64,000 nt of DNA from an uncultured Flavobacteriaceae bacterium (lineage in GTDB: Bacteria > Bacteroidota > Bacteroidia > Flavobacteriales > Flavobacteriaceae): NCBI GenBank assembly GCA_965363545.1, contig CBDTUD010000011.1, positions 2,434 through 66,433 of the forward strand, written 5' to 3'. Both the position numbers and the translations under genes were made by a program. Position 1 is the first letter of the stretch, and each line of letters opens with the position of its first letter. The notes below the pieces were generated by a model, which saw only the letters and a program-made list of their open reading frames with translations, was not told the origin of the DNA and did not search any database. Positions 58,580 through 64,000 of this stretch are shown in pieces.

Positions 58580-59980
58580 TTATTTATTTCCTTTCATTTT
58601 TGTTCCCATGAAATCTTGTACTGTTCTAAAGCCAATATAACTTCTGGCTGAATCACCGTATTCGTAATCACGTGTACCTACTTCTAAGAAGTATGCTACA
58701 TCTTTCCAAGATCCACCACGAATTACTTTTCTCTTGTTCGAATTATCTTCCACATTTGGATTGATTGTTGAACCTAAGTAGTAAGAAGATGGGTTGTATG
58801 CTGTATTTGTCCATTCTGCAACATTACCAGCCATATTGTATAAACCATAATCATTTGGGTTATACGATTTTGCTTCTAAAGTATACAAAGCTCCATCTGC
58901 CGCATAATTCCCTCTTTCTGGTTTAAAGTTTGCTAAGAAACAACCTCTATCAGTTGTGGTATAAGGCCCACCCCAAGGGTATTTTGCATATTCCAAACCT
59001 CCTCGAGCAGCATACTCCCACTCGGCTTCTGTTGGAAGTCTAAAACGTGGTTCTCTACCAGAACTCTTTTTTTGAGTTGCCAAATAGTTATTTCTTTTAT
59101 CGGTACGGAAATTACAAAATGCTTTTGCTTGCTCCCAAGTAACACCTACTACCGGATAGTCATTATACGCTTGATGCCAGAAATAATCTTGATGCATCGG
59201 ATCATTATAAGAATAGTTAAAATCTTTTACCCACACTGCTGTGTCCGGATATATTTGTACTTCTGTTTTTTTCAAAAACTCTTTCGTGCCACCATCGGTA
59301 CGTGCAGCCCCTTCTCTATCAAAAGAAACATAAGTATAAACTAATTTTTTAGTATCAATTCTTCTCTTTCTGTCCATGGACTCATCAATAGGTAAATACA
59401 AACTATCCATTGCTTCTGCATAATATTCATCTGGAAACTCACTGGTATTCCAAACTAAATCCACATCCCAATTTAAAAAACGTCCTTCTGTTGGAGAATT
59501 GATATCCCCTAAACTTCCGTAGTTATCCATCATATATTTGTAATATGCATTATCGGTACTGTCTTGTTCTTTAAACTTATATTTTGAGATACCACTCATA
59601 TCCCCTTTCTTTTGCTCAATCGGAGCGCCTCCACCAATATTAGCCTCTTCAGCAAGAATAGCTAATTTTGTTCTTAGTATAGAATCTCTTACTCTAAAAA
59701 CAAATTCGCGATATTCACTATTGGTAATTTCTGTCTCATCCATATAATATGGTCTAACAGTTACTGTTCTTGAAGGAGCACTAAAAGAACCAGCGACATC
59801 TTCATCACCTTTTCCCATGGTAAATGCACCACCAGGAATTAAAACCATTCCGAAAGGCTTTTCAGGAAAGAATTTTTTGTTGGAATTTACTCCTGTCAAT
59901 TGCCCTCTATCATTACCTGATTTACAACTAGATAATAATGCAATCGTAACGAGAAGCAGAATTAGGTTTAACTTTTTCAT
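58580..59980 (-). CDS. gldK: Gliding motility / type IX secretion lipoprotein GldK (FGE-sulfatase fold)
   Basis: Lipobox LLSSC, FGMVLIPGGAFTMG, NVAEWT and RGGSW. I prefer the ATG at 59980 over the TTG at 60001. Confidence 0.88.
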   Translation of the reverse strand: MKKLNLILLLVTIALLSSCKSGNDRGQLTGVNSNKKFFPEKPFGMVLIPGGAFTMGKGDEDVAGSFSAPSRTVTVRPYYMDETEITNSEYREFVFRVRDSILRTKLAILAEEANIGGGAPIEQKKGDMSGISKYKFKEQDSTDNAYYKYMMDNYGSLGDINSPTEGRFLNWDVDLVWNTSEFPDEYYAEAMDSLYLPIDESMDRKRRIDTKKLVYTYVSFDREGAARTDGGTKEFLKKTEVQIYPDTAVWVKDFNYSYNDPMHQDYFWHQAYNDYPVVGVTWEQAKAFCNFRTDKRNNYLATQKKSSGREPRFRLPTEAEWEYAARGGLEYAKYPWGGPYTTTDRGCFLANFKPERGNYAADGALYTLEAKSYNPNDYGLYNMAGNVAEWTNTAYNPSSYYLGSTINPNVEDNSNKRKVIRGGSWKDVAYFLEVGTRDYEYGDSARSYIGFRTVQDFMGTKMKGNK

Positions 59981-60136
59981 AATTTTTACTTTTTCTAACA
60001 AGACTAGGTAATTGTTGTTAAATTAATTTTATTAAGATTTATTTGCTGCTTTTTTTTGCGAATTTATACCACAAGAAATAGCAAAGAATTCATACTTTGT
60101 TCCCTAAGAACGATAAAAAAACTTCTTTAGTGTGTA

Positions 60137-61294
60137 TTAACTTAATTTTCTGAAAGTTTTTAACCACCTTTCGGGATATACCTGATTATTTGCTGTTAAA
60201 TAATCTTGGTACGTACAAGGTATTAACGTGGTTTTATTTGATTTATTATTGCGGTAAGTAATCTCCATCCACCAACGTTCACTTTTATTGCTTTTATAAA
60301 AGTTAATGGATTCATTTTCAATCAATACAATATATTTTTTATATTTCTTTTTTGATTCAAAAGGATATTCTGAGATACGATAGTTAAAGCCCTCCATAAA
60401 ATACCAAATTATTTGCGCTATTAAATGAGCTGTTTGTCCGCGCTCGTCAAATTTAGCATTGAATTCATAAATTCCAAATGAAGATACTTTTTTACTAATG
60501 CCTGCATAGCGCGCAATAGAGCATATCTGATCTCCATAAAAACCATTTGGCACACCGTTACTATTACCAGGAGCATCACTAATACGAACTGCTCCTAAAT
60601 CGACACTCACCATATCCGCATCACGTAAAATAGGTTCAACAATAGTAAGGTCTTTAGTGACTTCTCCCAAACGATAGGCATCAAAATGTAATTTTTCAAT
60701 CAAATCAATTTCCTCTTGAGAGTTAAAAAATGTTTGAAAACCAATATTGCTATAATTAAATAAATTATTGGGATTTTCCATCACTATCTTATGTAAATAA
60801 TTATGTGATGTTATGGTATCTTCCAGTTCTCCTAAATCAAATTTATTATCAACGACCGCCAAATTTACGGTTTGCTCTAATTTATCGTAGGCTCTATAAT
60901 TGGCATAAGTCAAATCTTGGCTTCCACCTATAATAATAGGTATAATATTTTTTTTAAGGAGTATTGCAAGTACTTCTTGCAGTAAAAAATAAGTATCGGT
61001 AACTTCTTTTCCTTGAGGCACATTTCCGAGATCGGCGATTGTGGTATTCCAATTTCCTGGAAACATTTGGTATAAAAACTTTCGAATATGCTCTAAACCC
61101 TTGCCTGTACCAATATTATCAACGGCGTTTCTCCCTTCAAGAACTCCAAGAATAGCAATCTGAACATTATCTAATTCAGGAAGACCATTTTTTTTGGTAT
61201 GAATTTTCATGGTCTTACCAAGCGATAAATCGGATAATAAAGCAGGGTATGCTGCAGCAATGTCTTCAACTGGTAAAAGAAGTTCTAAACTCAT
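60137..61294 (-). CDS. Arginase/ureohydrolase-fold protein with degenerate metal-binding motifs and an extra C-terminal domain
   Basis: The fold-typical blocks are present but substituted: GGSQDLT (canonical GGDHS), VDNKFD (canonical DAHxD) and SVDLGAV..SDAPG (canonical SxDxDxxDP..APG). Confidence 0.7.
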   Translation of the reverse strand: MSLELLLPVEDIAAAYPALLSDLSLGKTMKIHTKKNGLPELDNVQIAILGVLEGRNAVDNIGTGKGLEHIRKFLYQMFPGNWNTTIADLGNVPQGKEVTDTYFLLQEVLAILLKKNIIPIIIGGSQDLTYANYRAYDKLEQTVNLAVVDNKFDLGELEDTITSHNYLHKIVMENPNNLFNYSNIGFQTFFNSQEEIDLIEKLHFDAYRLGEVTKDLTIVEPILRDADMVSVDLGAVRISDAPGNSNGVPNGFYGDQICSIARYAGISKKVSSFGIYEFNAKFDERGQTAHLIAQIIWYFMEGFNYRISEYPFESKKKYKKYIVLIENESINFYKSNKSERWWMEITYRNNKSNKTTLIPCTYQDYLTANNQVYPERWLKTFRKLS

Positions 61295-61490
61295 ACAAAC
61301 GAGTGATTCTAATTGGAAGTTTATTAAATTTATACTTTGTTTATTTCTGAATTTAAGCCCCTATTCTACTTCCCTTCTCCATAATTTGCCAAAGGTTTTG
61401 GGTTAAGATATTGCATAGTTTGAGAACTTAATCCATCCTAAGCAAAATTTAAATAGTTTCTTAATTAGACGCAAAGTTAGCACAAAAAGT

Positions 61491-64000
61491 TTATTTTTTT
61501 ACGCTTTTTCTTTTTGCTGTAGGCTTCTTAGTTACTTTCTTTTTAGCCACTTTCTTTTTAGGTGCATTTTTTTCAATAATCGCCTTAACTTCTTCTAAGG
61601 TCAAACTTGGTGCATCAACCGTTTTCGGAATTTCCACTTTTATTTTTCCTTGCAAAATATGATGTCTGCCCCATCGCGCTTTTTCAACTCGAATTCCTTC
61701 TTCTTTCCAGTTGTGAACAACCTTATCAATTTCTTTTTGCTTTTTAGCCTCAATTAATTCGACAATGTCATCAAAAGACAAGTTATCAAAATCGTATTTC
61801 TTGTTCACATTAATGAACATGCTATTCCATTTTAAAAAGGGACCAAATCTTCCAACTCCTTTTTGTACCGGTAAATTTTCATAACTAGCGATAGGAGCAT
61901 CTGCTTCTTTCTTTTCTTCAATTAATTGGATGGCTCTTTTCAATGTTACATCCATTGGGTTTTCATCTCTATCTAAGGAAACAAACATTGCGTCAAAACG
62001 AATGTACGGACCAAACCTTCCATTTGAAACAACAACTTCTTCCCCTTCATATTCACCCAAAGTTTTTGGCAATTGGAATAAATCCATCGCTTCCTCATAG
62101 GTTATGCTCTCAATATTTTGATCGTTTTGCAGACTTGCGAATTTTGGTTTTTCTTCATCGGTTGCTTCACCAATTTGAACCATAGCACCAAATCGACCTA
62201 AGCGAGCATAAACATTTTTACCACTTTCAGGATCTATTCCTAGTAATCTTTCTCCTTTCGCACGATCAGCATTTGCTGCGACATCTTCTACTGTATGATG
62301 AAAATCACCATAAAACTCTTTAATCATTTGGATCCAATCTCCATTCCCTTCGGCGATGTCATCAAATTCTTTTTCAACTTTTGCAGTAAAACTAAAGTCT
62401 AAAATATTAGAAAAATTCTCTACCAAGAAATCATTTACAATTCTACCAATATCTGTCGGAATTAACTTTCCTTTATCTGCTCCTACTTTCTCCGTTAGGG
62501 TTTTAGTTTCTACCTTATTATTTTCAAGTGCGATTTGGGTATACTCTCTTTCTGCACCTTCAACCACTCCTTTTGCAACATAATCTCTTTTTTGAATGGT
62601 AGAAATTGTTGGCGCATAGGTAGATGGTCTACCAATGCCCAATTCTTCTAACTGCTTAACCAAAGAAGCTTCTGTAAAACGATAAGGTGCTTTTGTATAG
62701 CGCTCGGTTGCAGTTATATAGTTATTCTCTAAAATTTCACCAACTTTTAAGGCCGGTAACATTCCTTCTTGTTCTTCCTCTTCAAAATCCGTTCCTTCCA
62801 AATATACTTTTAAAAAGCCCTCAAATTTGATTACTTCTCCATTTGCAGTGAACACATTTTTATTCTTATTATTTTTGATTCTTACATTGGTACGCTCTAA
62901 TTTCGCGTCACTCATTTGAGATGCCAAAGTTCTTTTCCAGATTAAATCATATAATCGGTCTTGATCATAATTCACTGAAACGGTACGCATGCTCATATCT
63001 GTCGGACGAATAGCTTCGTGCGCCTCTTGTGCACCTTTTGATTTATTTGTAAAATTTCTTGGATGACTAAAATCCCGACCGAATAATGACGTAATTTCTT
63101 CTTTTGCCTCTTTTTTTGCGTCTTCAGATAAATTAACGCTATCTGTTCTCATATAAGTTATCAAACCAGCCTCGTACAAACGCTGCGCTACTTGCATAGT
63201 TTTCGCCACCGGAAAATATAATTTTCTCGATGCTTCTTGCTGTAAAGTTGAAGTGGTAAATGGTGCTGCTGGAGTTTTTTTCGCAGGTTTTGTAGCTAAA
63301 TCATCAACCTTAAATTCTGCCGCAATACAAGTGTTTAAAAATTTCTCAGCCTGTTTGTGCGTTTCAAAATTCTTTGGCAATTGCGCTTTAAACTTTTTAT
63401 CTTCATTTGTTGTGAATTCCGCCGTTACTTTATAAGATGCAACCGGCTGAAAACTTTCAATTTCTCTTTCTCGCTCCACAATCAATCGTACCGCTACAGA
63501 TTGCACTCTACCGGCAGAAAGACCTCCTTTAACTTTACGCCACAATACTGGTGACAATTCATAACCAACTAATCGATCTAAAACTCGTCGAGCTTGTTGT
63601 GCATTTACTAAATTATAATCAATACTTCTTGGATGCTCAACGGCATTTAAAATTGCTTTTTTAGTAATCTCATGAAAAACAATACGCTTTGTCTTTTCAT
63701 CTTTTAAATTTAATTGTTCAGCTAAATGCCATGCAATTGCCTCTCCTTCACGATCTTCATCACTTGCCAACCAAACCATGTCAGCTTTTTTTGCTAAAGA
63801 TTTTAGTTTTTTCACCACTGCCTTCTTATCATCAGAAACACTGTAATTTGGCATAAAGTCTCCATCAACATTTACTCCAAGTTCTTTAGAAGGTAAATCA
63901 GCAATGTGACCAAAACTAGATTCTACAACAAAATCTTTTCCCAAAAATTTCTCAATTGTTTTTGCCTTTGCAGGGGACTCTACGATAACTAAATTCTTCG
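61491..64000 (-). CDS. topA: DNA topoisomerase I, 5' end outside the window
   Basis: Toprim domain, active-site region and four Cys-less C-terminal repeats (GRFGPYIRF etc.), plus a Lys-rich tail. The frame stays open beyond 63944 (..KNLVIVESPAKAKTIEKFLGKDF), so the true start lies past position 64000. Confidence 0.92.
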   Translation of the reverse strand, partial: KNLVIVESPAKAKTIEKFLGKDFVVESSFGHIADLPSKELGVNVDGDFMPNYSVSDDKKAVVKKLKSLAKKADMVWLASDEDREGEAIAWHLAEQLNLKDEKTKRIVFHEITKKAILNAVEHPRSIDYNLVNAQQARRVLDRLVGYELSPVLWRKVKGGLSAGRVQSVAVRLIVEREREIESFQPVASYKVTAEFTTNEDKKFKAQLPKNFETHKQAEKFLNTCIAAEFKVDDLATKPAKKTPAAPFTTSTLQQEASRKLYFPVAKTMQVAQRLYEAGLITYMRTDSVNLSEDAKKEAKEEITSLFGRDFSHPRNFTNKSKGAQEAHEAIRPTDMSMRTVSVNYDQDRLYDLIWKRTLASQMSDAKLERTNVRIKNNKNKNVFTANGEVIKFEGFLKVYLEGTDFEEEEQEGMLPALKVGEILENNYITATERYTKAPYRFTEASLVKQLEELGIGRPSTYAPTISTIQKRDYVAKGVVEGAEREYTQIALENNKVETKTLTEKVGADKGKLIPTDIGRIVNDFLVENFSNILDFSFTAKVEKEFDDIAEGNGDWIQMIKEFYGDFHHTVEDVAANADRAKGERLLGIDPESGKNVYARLGRFGAMVQIGEATDEEKPKFASLQNDQNIESITYEEAMDLFQLPKTLGEYEGEEVVVSNGRFGPYIRFDAMFVSLDRDENPMDVTLKRAIQLIEEKKEADAPIASYENLPVQKGVGRFGPFLKWNSMFINVNKKYDFDNLSFDDIVELIEAKKQKEIDKVVHNWKEEGIRVEKARWGRHHILQGKIKVEIPKTVDAPSLTLEEVKAIIEKNAPKKKVAKKKVTKKPTAKRKSVKK

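Noticed and set aside
49116-61294. hutU together with the arginase-fold gene could form a histidine-utilisation (hut) operon.
   Set aside because: The two genes are 9 kb apart on opposite strands with unrelated genes between them. The arginase-fold protein lacks the metal ligands expected of HutG, and no hutH or hutI is present in the window.
63942-63944. The start codon for topA given by the ORF track (M at 63944).
   Set aside because: That codon is an internal TTG (Leu). The frame continues upstream to the window edge and encodes the conserved Toprim N-terminus (KNLVIVESPAKAKTIEKFLGKDF), so the gene is truncated by the window.

Overview
This is a low-GC, densely coding chromosomal segment that looks like a Flavobacteriia (Bacteroidota) genome. 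The evidence is a gldK-gldL-gldM-gldN gliding/T9SS core operon, a fused hemC/hemD gene, TAnnTTTG-type -7 promoter boxes and Cys-lipobox signal peptides. I support about 58 protein-coding genes. I saw no rRNA, tRNA, CRISPR array, transposase or integrase, and most short ORFs in the six-frame track are antisense or alternate-frame shadows of real genes.

Main blocks:
- 1) 8340-14699 is a seven-gene respiratory-type cluster. It encodes a hexahaem c-type cytochrome lipoprotein, a monohaem lipoprotein, an outer-membrane barrel candidate, a Tat-signal NrfC-like 4Fe-4S protein, an NrfD-like membrane protein, an orphan bitopic protein and a class-I cytochrome c. It has no recognisable catalytic subunit and is the best candidate here for an undescribed system.
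- 2) 16676-26288 is a complete haem biosynthesis locus: hemN-hemE-hemL-hemB-hemCD-hemA, divergent from hemH-hemJ.
- 3) 26416-32102 is an indolepyruvate:ferredoxin oxidoreductase / aminotransferase / ADP-forming acyl-CoA synthetase cluster.
- 4) 55388-59980 is gldKLMN, preceded by an arginase-fold protein with degenerate metal ligands and by topA, which runs off the window end.
- The rest is housekeeping: recR, pdxH, hutU, an ABC-F protein, a YgiQ radical SAM protein, an MscS-family channel, an M42 peptidase, an E2 acyltransferase and others.

One gene-model oddity stands out. An ACC-deaminase/D-cysteine-desulfhydrase family gene (47643-48569) has its conserved PLP-lysine region in frame directly after the upstream gene's stop codon, with no ATG/GTG/TTG start.

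All functional calls come from motif and family recognition in the supplied translations. No database search was run.
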